From the NCBI GenBank assembly GCA_038064415.1, contig JBBTTD010000002.1:8865-72864 (forward strand): DNA of 64,000 nt, written 5' to 3'. Within the stretch, counting starts at the first letter, position 1; every line of letters begins with the position of its first letter. The notes below the pieces were generated by a model that worked only from the letters and a program-made list of their open reading frames with translations, was not told where the DNA came from and made no database searches. Of this stretch, positions 8,975 through 19,536 are shown piece by piece. The translations under genes and the position numbers were made by a program. Source of the DNA: Patescibacteria group bacterium. Lineage in GTDB: Bacteria; Patescibacteriota; Minisyncoccia; Phycocordibacterales; PALSA-1337.

Positions 8975-9908
8975 CTATATGAATAAAGAATCAAAAATAT
9001 ATGTAGCTGGACATACTGGTCTCGTTGGAGGAGCAATTTTTAGATTACTTAAACAAAAAGGTTACAAAAATCTTATTGGCAAGACACACACCGAGCTCGA
9101 TCTTGAAAATGAATCACAAGTAAAAACATTTTTTGAAAAAGAAAAACCTGAGTATGTATTTTTATGCGCCGCAAAAGCAGGTGGAATAAAAGACAACAGC
9201 GAGAAACCTGCTGAATTTATTTTAAGAAACCTTAAAATACAGACCAATGTTATAGATACGGCATATAGAAACCAAGTAAAAAAACTTCTTTTTATGGGAA
9301 GCTCATGCATATATCCACGGATTACAGAACAGCCCATTAAAGAGGACTACTATATGACAGGAAAGCTTGAACCGACAAATGAAGCATATGCTGTCGCAAA
9401 GATTGCCGGCATATCAATGTGTCAATCATACAGAAAACAATATGGCTGTGATTTTATTTCTGTCATGCCAAACAACATTTATGGACCAGGTGATCATTTT
9501 GAAATAGAGCGTTCACATGTAATACCTGCTTTGATTCGTAGATTCCATGATGCAAAAAAAGAAAACAAGAAAGAGATCGTGCTTTGGGGTACGGGAGTCG
9601 CAATTCGAGAATTTCTCCATTGTGATGATTTGGCTAGTGCAAGCTTATTTCTAATGAAAAACTACAGAGATAAGGAAATTATTAATGTTGGTACAGGAGT
9701 CGGTATATCAATCAAAGATCTCGGAACAATGATACGGAAGATTGCTGGTTTTGAAGGCAAAATCGTATGGGATTCAACAAAACCTGATGGAATGCCGATA
9801 CGACTCCTTGATGCCTCAAAGATTCAATCGCTTGGTTGGAAAGCGAAAATTGATTTTGATAAAGGCCTAAAGGAAACATATGAATGGTTTATTGAACATG
9901 TTGTATAA
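8967..9908 (+). CDS. fcl: GDP-L-fucose synthase family epimerase/reductase (Fcl/ColC)
   Basis: [57 protein letters not shown]. Confidence 0.93.
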   Translation: MNNYMNKESKIYVAGHTGLVGGAIFRLLKQKGYKNLIGKTHTELDLENESQVKTFFEKEKPEYVFLCAAKAGGIKDNSEKPAEFILRNLKIQTNVIDTAYRNQVKKLLFMGSSCIYPRITEQPIKEDYYMTGKLEPTNEAYAVAKIAGISMCQSYRKQYGCDFISVMPNNIYGPGDHFEIERSHVIPALIRRFHDAKKENKKEIVLWGTGVAIREFLHCDDLASASLFLMKNYRDKEIINVGTGVGISIKDLGTMIRKIAGFEGKIVWDSTKPDGMPIRLLDASKIQSLGWKAKIDFDKGLKETYEWFIEHVV

Positions 9909-9926
9909 AAAAATAAAATTAAACCA

Positions 9927-11120
9927 ATGAAAAAATCTACTGGATTTAGGGTGCCACTAGTCAAAAATGCTTTAATAAATAATAAGCAAGCACTGCAGGC
10001 GTTATCCACATTCATTTTGAAGACTGACAGATTAAGCATGGGCAACTATTGTCATGCTTTTGAGCTAGCATTTGCAAAAAAACAAAAACGAAAATATGCA
10101 ATACTTTTCAACAGTGGCGGTAGTGCAAATTTGGCGATGATTCAAACTCTAAAAAACTTGGGTAAGTTAAAAAATAAAGATAAGGTCGGTTTCTCTTCCT
10201 TGACTTGGTCTACGAATGTTATGCCTATAATCCAGTTGGGACTTGAAGCGATTCCAGTAGATTGCGATCCTACAACACTCAACAGTATGTCAAAAAATGC
10301 AATAAAAATATTAGAAAAGGAGAAGTGTTCAGCATTTTTTCTGACAAATGCACTAGGATTTGCTGGAGACATAGACATCATAGAAAAAGAGTGTAAAAAA
10401 AGAGGAATTATTGTGCTTGAAGATAACTGTGAAGCCTTGGGAACTGAACTTAATAAAGGAAAAACTGGAAATTTTGGTTTAGCTTCAAGTTTTTCTTTTT
10501 TCGTTGCCCATCATATGTCAACGATTGAGGGTGGTATGGTCTGTACAGACAACGATAATTTTGCAGAAATGCTCAAAATTGTGAGGGCTAACGGATGGGA
10601 TAGAAACATCAGTCCAGAAAGACAAATCTATTGGAGAAATAAATTTGGAATTGAATCTGATTTTCAAGCCAAATATACTTTCTATGATCTGGGTTACAAT
10701 CTTCGTCCAACTGAAATTACAGGATTCCTAGGCCTACATCAGTTGAAGTTTCTTGATAAAACAACAAAAATCCGTGAAAAGAATTTTAGACGAATTTACA
10801 AAGTTCTCAAAGAGAATGGTGACTTTCTCCCTCTTAACTGGAAACATATAAAGATAATCTCAGCATTTGCCATACCACTTATATGCAAAAATCCAAAGCT
10901 TAGAGAAAAATACATCAGGCGGTTTGAGAAGATGGGAGTAGAAGTTCGTCCAATGATTGCTGGAAATATGCAACGACAACCTTTTTATAAAAAATATTCT
11001 TCTAAAAATTATAACTTACCTGGTGCAGATATTATCCATTATAACGGATTTTATTGTGGTAACTGCCCAGATTACACGGAAGAAGAACTCAAAATAATAA
11101 TAGGCTGCATAAAAAAATGA
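9927..11120 (+). CDS. colD: DegT/DnrJ-family PLP enzyme, ColD-like GDP-4-keto-6-deoxymannose 3-dehydratase
   Basis: FNSGGSANL, EDNCEALG, SFFVAHHMSTIEGG (His where aminotransferases have the Schiff-base Lys), GWDR, GYNLRPTE; no Cys-rich Fe-S loop of E1/RfbH type; follows gmd-fcl. Confidence 0.65.
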   Translation: MKKSTGFRVPLVKNALINNKQALQALSTFILKTDRLSMGNYCHAFELAFAKKQKRKYAILFNSGGSANLAMIQTLKNLGKLKNKDKVGFSSLTWSTNVMPIIQLGLEAIPVDCDPTTLNSMSKNAIKILEKEKCSAFFLTNALGFAGDIDIIEKECKKRGIIVLEDNCEALGTELNKGKTGNFGLASSFSFFVAHHMSTIEGGMVCTDNDNFAEMLKIVRANGWDRNISPERQIYWRNKFGIESDFQAKYTFYDLGYNLRPTEITGFLGLHQLKFLDKTTKIREKNFRRIYKVLKENGDFLPLNWKHIKIISAFAIPLICKNPKLREKYIRRFEKMGVEVRPMIAGNMQRQPFYKKYSSKNYNLPGADIIHYNGFYCGNCPDYTEEELKIIIGCIKK

Positions 11121-11130
11121 AAGAAAAACT

Positions 11131-11955
11131 ATGAATACACTTACCACAATAATAAAACCTAAGAAAACATTTAGTTTGCGAGATTTTAGAGAACTTTGGA
11201 ATTACAGAGAACTTCTATATTTTTTTACATGGAGAGATCTAAAGGTTCGTTACAAACAAACGGTTATTGGAGCTGCTTGGGCAATTCTGCAACCATTTAT
11301 AACCATGGTAATTTTCACTCTATTTTTTGGTACGCTTGCCAAAATGCCATCCGACGGAATTCCATATCCTATCTTCGTTTACACAGGACTTCTTTTTTGG
11401 CAATTTTTTTCAAGTTCCCTTTCCGATACTAGTAATGTGCTTATCGCCAATCAATCAATCATAACTAAAGTCTACTTTCCTCGTTTAATTTTGCCGATAT
11501 CGGGTGTTATAACAAAATTTGTAGATTTCTTGATAGCATCTATTATACTAGCTGGACTAATGATATATTTTGGATTCATTCCACACATAAGTGGACTATT
11601 GATTATACCAATACTGCTTATAATAACTTTTATGGCTTCGGTTGGTACAGGATTATTCTTGGCATCAATTAATGTCAAATATCGTGATATTCGTTATGCT
11701 CTCCCATACTTTATACAAATGCTTCTATTCTTGACACCAGTCATATATCCCGCATCAATTGCAGGTAAATACTCTTGGATTCTCGCATTAAATCCGATGA
11801 CGGGAGTGATACAGTCCGCGCGCGCAGCTCTTTTGGGAACAACACCAATAAACTGGGTACTTCTGTCCATATCATTTTCAACTTGTCTTATTATCTTAAT
11901 CATTGGAATAATGTATTTCAAAAAAGTTGAGAGATATTTCGCAGATATTCTATAG
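11131..11955 (+). CDS. wzm: ABC-2 polysaccharide exporter permease
   Basis: RDLKVRYKQTVIG..W..LQP, KVYFPR, YRD, TPVIY, LNPM; six TM segments. Confidence 0.93.
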   Translation: MNTLTTIIKPKKTFSLRDFRELWNYRELLYFFTWRDLKVRYKQTVIGAAWAILQPFITMVIFTLFFGTLAKMPSDGIPYPIFVYTGLLFWQFFSSSLSDTSNVLIANQSIITKVYFPRLILPISGVITKFVDFLIASIILAGLMIYFGFIPHISGLLIIPILLIITFMASVGTGLFLASINVKYRDIRYALPYFIQMLLFLTPVIYPASIAGKYSWILALNPMTGVIQSARAALLGTTPINWVLLSISFSTCLIILIIGIMYFKKVERYFADIL

Positions 11956-11959
11956 AAAC

Positions 11960-13231
11960 ATGAACATTGAACCAATAATAAAAGCAAGAAATATAGGAAA
12001 AAAATACAAAATTAGGCATAATCTTGGTGGTTATGTCGCCCTTAGAGATGTCATTATGACGATAATTAAGAGCCCATTTAGATTTGCTAAAGATAAAATA
12101 AAATCCATAACTGGCATAAAAACAAAAGAAGAATTCTGGGCTTTGAAAGATGTCAGTTTTGACATTTTTCCTGGAGAAGTTGTTGGGATAATTGGACGAA
12201 ATGGAGCAGGAAAATCTACACTTCTTAAAATACTAACTGGCATTACTCCACCTACGACTGGCGAAATACACCTACATGGTCGAGTTGCTTCGCTACTTGA
12301 GGTCGGTACAGGATTTCATCCAGAATTGACTGGCCGAGAAAATATTTTTCTAAACGGGGCAATACTGGGAATGACCAGAAAAGAAATTGCGAAAAATTTT
12401 GATTCCATTGTAGAATTTGCTGAAATAAGCAAATTTCTTGATACACCAGTAAAATACTATTCCAGTGGTATGTATGTTCGTCTAGCATTTTCAGTTTCTG
12501 CGCATATGGAGCCAGATATTCTACTTGTAGATGAGGTACTGGCTGTTGGTGATGCTGAATTTCAGAAAAAATGTTTAGGAAAAATGGAGGAGGTAACACG
12601 TAAACAAGGTAGAACCATTCTATTTGTCAGTCATAATATGGCGGCAATTCAAAGTCTATGTAAAAAATGTATACTGATTGAAAAAGGTAGTATAAAAAAT
12701 ATTGGAAATACAGAGGATATTGTCAATCAGTACTTGAGTGGTAATGCAAAAGAAGGAACGGAGAAGATCTGGCCAGAGGAAAAACGTCCTGGAAATGATA
12801 TAGCTTCTCTTATTTCAACTAGATTAATAAACCGAGAAGGAAAAACTATTTCATATGCTTATTCTGATAAAGAAATTGGTATAGAGATAGTCCACGAGGT
12901 CAAGAAACCTGGTTACATGCCAATACCAAATGTACATGTCTTTACCAACAAGGCAGAATATGCTTTTATCAGTCATGCTGACTATAATGAGAATCTTGAT
13001 AAAGTCGGAATATACAAATCAACTGCTTGGATACCAGCCAATATTTTAAATAATAGTACATACATAATTGGCATTGCGGTTTCTACAATGATTCCTCTAC
13101 AAGTCCATCTCTATGAGCGTGAGGCAATAATCTTTCAGGTTATAGAAGATATAGATAATGCAAAAAAATATGACTACAATCAAAAGATACCTGGAGTCGT
13201 AAGACCAAAATTGGAATGGAGTTATGAATAA
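11960..13231 (+). CDS. wzt: ABC polysaccharide exporter ATPase with C-terminal Wzt_C domain
   Basis: GRNGAGKST, YSSGMYVRLAF, DEVLAVGD, VSH; C-terminal extension. Confidence 0.93.
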   Translation: MNIEPIIKARNIGKKYKIRHNLGGYVALRDVIMTIIKSPFRFAKDKIKSITGIKTKEEFWALKDVSFDIFPGEVVGIIGRNGAGKSTLLKILTGITPPTTGEIHLHGRVASLLEVGTGFHPELTGRENIFLNGAILGMTRKEIAKNFDSIVEFAEISKFLDTPVKYYSSGMYVRLAFSVSAHMEPDILLVDEVLAVGDAEFQKKCLGKMEEVTRKQGRTILFVSHNMAAIQSLCKKCILIEKGSIKNIGNTEDIVNQYLSGNAKEGTEKIWPEEKRPGNDIASLISTRLINREGKTISYAYSDKEIGIEIVHEVKKPGYMPIPNVHVFTNKAEYAFISHADYNENLDKVGIYKSTAWIPANILNNSTYIIGIAVSTMIPLQVHLYEREAIIFQVIEDIDNAKKYDYNQKIPGVVRPKLEWSYE

Positions 13232-13236
13232 CAGTA

Positions 13237-13923
13237 ATGATAATAAATTATTTTGGAAAAATTAAAACTTTGGGCAAACTACTAAAAAGAAAATTTTCAG
13301 TTACACCCGAGGATGAGAAAATAGATTATGATGGCGAAACAATATACGCTGGTCACTTTCAGATCAAATATAGAGGAGTAAATATGATTCGTTGCCCTTT
13401 TGATTATGTGATATATCAAATGATGATCAATGAAGTCAAACCAGACTTAGTAATTGAAATCGGTACAAATCATGGCGGAACCACACTCTATATAGCTGAC
13501 CTCATGGACAAAATTGATCATGGAATGGTGCACTCAATTGATATAGTGAAGAAATCAGATAGACTGGTTCAAAGTAGCCCAAGGATTAAACTTTTTAGTA
13601 ATGGTTGGGATAAATATGATTTAAATGAGACAAAAGGTTTTAATAAGATTATAGTCATAGAAGATGCTTCACATATGTATGAAGACTGTATTGGTTCACT
13701 TAATAAATTTTCTAAACTTGTCAGCATTGGATCATACTATATTGTAGAAGATGGAATTATCAGTAGCCATGGAAGAGATGAAGGGTATAATGGAGGTCCG
13801 CTTAGAGCAATCAGAGAATTTCTGAAATCAAATAGCAACTTTAATGTAGATAGAAAATATTGTGATATGTTTGGCAAAAATGCAACATTCAATGTAAATG
13901 GGTACTTAAAAAGGATAAAATAA
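13237..13923 (+). CDS. CmcI/cephalosporin-hydroxylase family O-methyltransferase
   Basis: YRG.....PFD..IYQ, KPDLVIEIGT..GG, EDASH, IVEDG, GGPL.AI.EFL, NGYLKR. Confidence 0.85.
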   Translation: MIINYFGKIKTLGKLLKRKFSVTPEDEKIDYDGETIYAGHFQIKYRGVNMIRCPFDYVIYQMMINEVKPDLVIEIGTNHGGTTLYIADLMDKIDHGMVHSIDIVKKSDRLVQSSPRIKLFSNGWDKYDLNETKGFNKIIVIEDASHMYEDCIGSLNKFSKLVSIGSYYIVEDGIISSHGRDEGYNGGPLRAIREFLKSNSNFNVDRKYCDMFGKNATFNVNGYLKRIK

Positions 13924-13926
13924 TTT

Positions 13927-14829
13927 ATGGCGAAAATATTTATAGGAATGCCAGTCTATAATGGCGAGCGCTTTATAAAAAGTGCTGTTGACTCAATAGT
14001 AAATCAAACTTTTAATGACTGGAAACTATTTATCTCTGATGATGGTTCTAGTGATAACACTAGTATTATTTGTAAAGAATATTCTAATTCTGATCCAAGA
14101 ATTGAATACTACAGACAACCAAAAAATACAGGACTGTTTGAAAACTTTAAATATGTGCTTGATAAGGCGGATTCGAAATATTTTATATGGTGCGCGCAGG
14201 ATGATATTAGAGAAAAAGAATATTTTGAAATATGTATACATAAATTAGAAGAGAACAAAGACTTGAGTTTTGCTACCACCACAATGGCCGCAATTGATTC
14301 GTTTGATAGAATATTGATTGTTGAGGACCAGCTTACAAAGTTATCTGGCAAACCAAGTATGATAAATGTCGCTAAATATGTTTTACAGCCAGAAATATTA
14401 GGAAAATGTAATCTGATGTATGGACTTTTCAGAACTGAAGTTGTAAAAATGGTCTGGAAAGCATATCCACAAAGAAGTGTTTGGGGTCAGGATTATATGT
14501 TTTCATTAGCTTTAATAAGTCGCTTTGAAATATTTGTCGACAGAAAAATTCTTTTCAAAAAACGTTTAGGAGGATTTTCTAGTCCTAAGGCACTTTTAAA
14601 TGACACCGACAATATGGTAAAAAAAATTGAATACAAAAATCCAAAAAATCAAATGTTCCCATTAGGTGAATTCAAGGATTATTTTAAAGGACATATGGAA
14701 GCATTAAAAGGAACACCTTATCGTAGCTTAACTGCTATACTTCTTTTGATTCGTCTGCCAAGATCATTTGTTATATATTTAAAAGAGAGAAATATAAAGA
14801 AATATTTAAATCATATCATTAACAAATAA
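13927..14829 (+). CDS. GT2 glycosyltransferase
   Basis: IGMPVYNGE, SDDGSSD, QDD. Confidence 0.9.
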   Translation: MAKIFIGMPVYNGERFIKSAVDSIVNQTFNDWKLFISDDGSSDNTSIICKEYSNSDPRIEYYRQPKNTGLFENFKYVLDKADSKYFIWCAQDDIREKEYFEICIHKLEENKDLSFATTTMAAIDSFDRILIVEDQLTKLSGKPSMINVAKYVLQPEILGKCNLMYGLFRTEVVKMVWKAYPQRSVWGQDYMFSLALISRFEIFVDRKILFKKRLGGFSSPKALLNDTDNMVKKIEYKNPKNQMFPLGEFKDYFKGHMEALKGTPYRSLTAILLLIRLPRSFVIYLKERNIKKYLNHIINK

Positions 14830-14830
14830 G

Positions 14831-15724
14831 ATGACGGTAATCATCAAAACAATCGGTGGCTTAGGAAACCAATTATTTCAATACGCATTTGCGCGTGGTA
14901 TATCTTCACATCTTGAGACAAGCTTCCTTTTAGATATTGACACATCGGTTGTTTATAAAAATGAAAGAGTTCATGAATTTTCACTTCAACATTTTAATGT
15001 GACCATACCTATGGCTAAATGGTATCATATGTACGGCTTTGTGTGGCTACGAAGACAGAAACGGCTCTTTAATTTTATTTATCACAAGTTACGTCTAAAA
15101 AAAATGTTTTCTTCTTTTTACTTTATTGAGAGATTATTTTGCTTTGATGAAAATGTACTTTCAAAGGGTGATGGTTCATATTTTGAAGGATTCTGGAACA
15201 CAGAAAAATATTTCAAAAATATAGAAAAAGAGATTAGAAAGGAAATCATCATCAATAAACCACTCTCTGAATACGGGCAAAAAATAAATGATGAGATTAT
15301 GAAGAAAAATTCTATATCACTACATGTAAGACGCACAGATTATGTCACTCACAAGATTTCAAATGAGTATCATGGGACATGTTCTCAAGAATATTATAAA
15401 AATGCTATTAAATATGTAGCAGAAAGAGTACCTTCACCACATTTTTTCATCTTCTCTGATGATTATGGTTGGGTAGTTGAAAATTTCAAATTCCTTCAAT
15501 ATCCTTACACTTGCATAAAAAATGGACCAGAAAAAAATTATGAGGATTTAACACTTATGTCCAAATGTAAACACCATATAATAGCAAATAGTACATTCAG
15601 TTGGTGGGGTGCATGGCTCAATCCCAAAAAAGACAAGATTGTTATTGGGCCAAAACAGTGGTTCAAAAATGCTCCGAAAGCAAATACGGTAGATCTTTTC
15701 CCAGATGGTTGGATAAAATTATAA
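14831..15724 (+). CDS. GT11 alpha-1,2-fucosyl(colitosyl)transferase
   Basis: GGLGNQLFQYA, SLHVRRTDY, FSDD, IIANSTFSWWGAWL. Confidence 0.92.
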   Translation: MTVIIKTIGGLGNQLFQYAFARGISSHLETSFLLDIDTSVVYKNERVHEFSLQHFNVTIPMAKWYHMYGFVWLRRQKRLFNFIYHKLRLKKMFSSFYFIERLFCFDENVLSKGDGSYFEGFWNTEKYFKNIEKEIRKEIIINKPLSEYGQKINDEIMKKNSISLHVRRTDYVTHKISNEYHGTCSQEYYKNAIKYVAERVPSPHFFIFSDDYGWVVENFKFLQYPYTCIKNGPEKNYEDLTLMSKCKHHIIANSTFSWWGAWLNPKKDKIVIGPKQWFKNAPKANTVDLFPDGWIKL

Positions 15725-15731
15725 TGCTGCA

Positions 15732-17480
15732 ATGTGCGGAATAATCACTATAGTAGGAAATAATGTAGATAGCATAATTGGAGACATCAAAATAAACTCC
15801 ATGCTTTCTTCTCTTGCAAAAAGAGGACCAGACGATAGGGGTTTTTTGAAATTCAGTAATGCTATAGTCGGGCAAACTCGTCTTTCTATAGTTGATATTG
15901 CCGATGGCCATCAACCAATGAGAGATAATAGAAACCCTTTTACGATTGTATTTAACGGTGAAATCTATGGATACAAGGAGTTACGTAAAAGATTAGAGAC
16001 ATGCGGACATAAATTCAGTAGCAATTCCGATACTGAAGTTATATTGAAATCATATGCAGAATATGGAAATAGATGCCCTGAGTATTTGGATGGTATGTTC
16101 GCCTTTGCAATTTGGAATGAATCTAAACAGGAACTTTTTGTTGCTCGAGACAGATTCGGGAAAAAGCCATTTTATTATGCGTGGGTAAACGAAATGTTCT
16201 TGGGAGTTTCAGAAATAAAAGCTATCTTTGAGAGTGGACTCATAAAAGGAAAAATTGATCTTAGTGTATTAGATAATTATCTTCAGCTTATGTATATACC
16301 GCCATGGAAAACTATCTATTCTAACATTCAGACTATTTTGCCGGCTCATGCAGGGATCATCAAAGATGGGAAAATTAAAACCTGGAAATACTGGGAACTT
16401 AAGAAGAAAATTTTAAACATATCTTATGATGATGCAAAAAAAGAGATAAAAAGACTTTTTGATGAGGCAGTTAGAAAAAGAATGGTAGCGGATGTTGAAA
16501 TTGGAAGTCTTCTGTCTGGAGGTGTGGACTCTACCTTGGCTACAGCTTATGCACAAAGATATGCAACTCATCCAATCAAGACATTTTCCGTTGGTTATGA
16601 TCAATATATAAACGAGCTACCTTACGCTAAACAGGCCTCAAAAAAAATCGGTACAGATCATTATTCGCTCAATGCCGGAATCAACCTGATCAATGAACTG
16701 GAGAAAGTCGTAGAATATATGGATGAACCACATGCTGACTCCTCGGATTTTCCACAACATTTAATATCAGAGTTTGCTTCCTCAAAAGTAAAAGTGGCAT
16801 TATCCGGCGATGGTGCTGATGAACTGTTTCTAGGATATGGCTGGAATTGGAAATACTGGAATACAAGAAAAATCGTCAGACTAAAAAATATGATTTTCTC
16901 AAATCAATTCAAGGAGCATTTAAAAAATGTTGAAGTGTTTTCTAGAAAAAATCGCCTTGGTTTATGGAAAGATAAATCTCCAGTAAATTCTGAAATTGAG
17001 AAAAGGGACATCAATAATATCAATCTTTTTGATCTAACCACATATCTTCCAGGCCAGCTTCTTACAAAAATTGACAGAACAAGTATGATGCATTCCCTAG
17101 AAATACGCTCTCCTTTTCTAGATTATAAACTTGCGGAATTCGTATACAACTTACCTGAAAAATATAAAACGGACAGAAAAAGCGGTAAGATCATTTTGAA
17201 GGATATCTTGATGGAAATAATGCCCAGGGAATTTGTTTATAGGAGAAAACAGGGCTTTGGCGCGCCGATCAAGGAATGGCTTCGGACTGAAAACACTCGA
17301 CAATTTGTCCAAAAAAATTTATTAGAAAGTTCGAGTCTAGGAAATATATTCAACACACACGAAATAGTTGACCTGCTAGATAATTTTTATAAAAAAAATA
17401 ATGAGAGTGTTCAATATAAGATATGGACTTTATTGTGTCTAGCACTATGGTTCAAGTCTCACCAAAAACATCATGAATAA
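15732..17480 (+). CDS. asnB: Asparagine synthase-like glutamine amidotransferase (glycan amidation)
   Basis: N-terminal MCGI, RGPD, RLSIVD, FNGEIY, LSGGVDS, SGDGADELF, RSPFLD. Confidence 0.92.
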   Translation: MCGIITIVGNNVDSIIGDIKINSMLSSLAKRGPDDRGFLKFSNAIVGQTRLSIVDIADGHQPMRDNRNPFTIVFNGEIYGYKELRKRLETCGHKFSSNSDTEVILKSYAEYGNRCPEYLDGMFAFAIWNESKQELFVARDRFGKKPFYYAWVNEMFLGVSEIKAIFESGLIKGKIDLSVLDNYLQLMYIPPWKTIYSNIQTILPAHAGIIKDGKIKTWKYWELKKKILNISYDDAKKEIKRLFDEAVRKRMVADVEIGSLLSGGVDSTLATAYAQRYATHPIKTFSVGYDQYINELPYAKQASKKIGTDHYSLNAGINLINELEKVVEYMDEPHADSSDFPQHLISEFASSKVKVALSGDGADELFLGYGWNWKYWNTRKIVRLKNMIFSNQFKEHLKNVEVFSRKNRLGLWKDKSPVNSEIEKRDINNINLFDLTTYLPGQLLTKIDRTSMMHSLEIRSPFLDYKLAEFVYNLPEKYKTDRKSGKIILKDILMEIMPREFVYRRKQGFGAPIKEWLRTENTRQFVQKNLLESSSLGNIFNTHEIVDLLDNFYKKNNESVQYKIWTLLCLALWFKSHQKHHE

Positions 17481-18621
17481 AATTAGAAAAATATATTGGG
17501 CATATAGAAACAAAATTTCAAATAAACTTTTTGGTAAAGTGAGAATGCCTGCTTTGGGCAAAAAGAAAGGTGAAGTGTTAGTCTCATATATTACTGAACC
17601 ATTTACTATTGCACCTTGGGAAAAATTTTCAAATTTCCACACTATGTACTGGGAATGCTTTGAGATTGCGAGATTATTTTCAGAACGAGGATACGCCTGT
17701 GACATAATCGGCACAAATAATACAAAGTTCATTCCACTCAAACCCTATGTTGCTTGTATAGACGCCGAAGGACTTGAAAGACTAGTAAAATATTTACCGA
17801 CAAACTGCAAAAAGGTGTTCCATATATTGATTTCACATTGGGATGCATATAATAAAGCGGAAGAAGACAGATTGGAACAATTAAAAAAAAGAAGAGGTGT
17901 TAGGCTTTTGCCTAGAAGAAAGATGAGACCATCAAGAGATGCTGAGTTGGCTGACTATTTGGAGGGTTTTGGAAATAAAACAATCTTTGAGACATTTAAG
18001 GGATTCGGGAAGCCAGTATTTTTTATTCCTATTTCAGCAGTACTCAAATTTGATTTTCCAAAAAACAAAAACTTTGAAAGTGTTCGGAGAAGTTTTCTGT
18101 GGCTAGGCGGCGGGGGATCAGTCTTGAAAGGTCTTGATCTGACTTTGGAAGCTTTCGCAATAACACCACAACTGCATCTGCATGTTTGTGGTCCCGTTGG
18201 GGCTGAAAAGGATTTCGTGGAGGAATATAAAAATGAACTGTATAATACTCCAAATATTCACTTTCATGGTCGAATTGATATTGGAGGAGAAAAATTTGCT
18301 GAAATAGTAAATAAATGCGGAGCTGTCGTATACCCTTCCGGTGGTGAAGGTTCTTCAGGAGCAATAGTACAAGCAATGCATGCTGGATTAGTCCCAATTA
18401 TAACCCATGAAACTGGTATTCAAGAAGATTCCAAATATATTGCACTGATTGAACCAACTCCAGAATCAGTATCAGAAGCGGTAATTAATTTTTCAAACCT
18501 AACACCGGAAAGAATTAAAGATAAATCATACTCTATATGGAAATATGCTCAGACACACTATACTAGAGAAGAGTTCTCCAAGGCTTATGCGAAGTTTATT
18601 GATTCTGTCTTAAAATTATAG
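17473..18621 (+). CDS. GT4-like glycosyltransferase
   Basis: GT-B C-terminal motifs KGLDL..EAF, YPSGGEG, AM.AGL.PI. Confidence 0.8.
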   Translation: MNKIRKIYWAYRNKISNKLFGKVRMPALGKKKGEVLVSYITEPFTIAPWEKFSNFHTMYWECFEIARLFSERGYACDIIGTNNTKFIPLKPYVACIDAEGLERLVKYLPTNCKKVFHILISHWDAYNKAEEDRLEQLKKRRGVRLLPRRKMRPSRDAELADYLEGFGNKTIFETFKGFGKPVFFIPISAVLKFDFPKNKNFESVRRSFLWLGGGGSVLKGLDLTLEAFAITPQLHLHVCGPVGAEKDFVEEYKNELYNTPNIHFHGRIDIGGEKFAEIVNKCGAVVYPSGGEGSSGAIVQAMHAGLVPIITHETGIQEDSKYIALIEPTPESVSEAVINFSNLTPERIKDKSYSIWKYAQTHYTREEFSKAYAKFIDSVLKL

Positions 18622-18625
18622 TTTT

Positions 18626-19465
18626 ATGAAACCTCTCATAAGTGTGATAATTCCAGTATATAACTGCGAAAAAACAGTAGAGACAGCAGTCGGTTCAATA
18701 TTAAATCAAACATATCAAAATATTGAAATAATCGTAGTTGATGACAATAGTACAGATAACACAAAAAATGTCGTCAGAAAAATTGCTGAGTCAAATCCAA
18801 AAGTAAAATTGCTTGATGGAGAAAATGATCCAAACAGATTTGACAAAAAACTAAACAGGAATATCAACGCTGGTTATTCTGCTCGAAATGTTGGATTTGA
18901 GCATGCAAGTGGCGAGCTGATCACCTTCCAAGATGCCGACGATGCCAGTTTTTTGAATAGAATTGAAGTTCAATATGAACTGCTTACAAAGTACAAATCA
19001 AGCCATCTTACTCTAGATTGGGTAAGATTTAATGAGAGATATCTGAGTAAAAAACTTGATATAATAAAATATAGCAAAAATGTGGAACTGATTGGTCCAG
19101 TAGATCTTTATAGAATGTCGCAAAGATCAAAAGGTTTCATCGCAAAATTTTCCCAAAATATCAACCGAATAATTCCCTTTCATCTCAAAAGAAAAAGAAT
19201 CATAAACAAATTATTCTTTGGATCCATGGAAAATTATCCTGGTGCTGGAAATTCTCCACTTTTTAGACGTGAGGTAATAAAGAAAATCAAGTTTAGAAAA
19301 CTATCAGAAAGAGTGTGGCCTTCGTTTATGGGACGAGGGGCAGACAAGGACTTCAATTTTCAAGTCGCTGAAACATTCAAAAATAGCTATGTTTGCCTTG
19401 TCCCTTTATACATGTGGCGTGTACCGACCGAAAATCCAAGATATGTAAATGGGTTGCAAGTTTAA
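18626..19465 (+). CDS. GT2 glycosyltransferase
   Basis: ISVIIPVYN, VDDNSTD, ARN.G, FQDADD. Confidence 0.9.
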   Translation: MKPLISVIIPVYNCEKTVETAVGSILNQTYQNIEIIVVDDNSTDNTKNVVRKIAESNPKVKLLDGENDPNRFDKKLNRNINAGYSARNVGFEHASGELITFQDADDASFLNRIEVQYELLTKYKSSHLTLDWVRFNERYLSKKLDIIKYSKNVELIGPVDLYRMSQRSKGFIAKFSQNINRIIPFHLKRKRIINKLFFGSMENYPGAGNSPLFRREVIKKIKFRKLSERVWPSFMGRGADKDFNFQVAETFKNSYVCLVPLYMWRVPTENPRYVNGLQV

Positions 19466-19536
19466 ACTTATGGAGTATAGTTGTGCTGGATTTGTACACT
19501 GAAATAAACAATATAACCTAGAAAGGAAACCATCAA

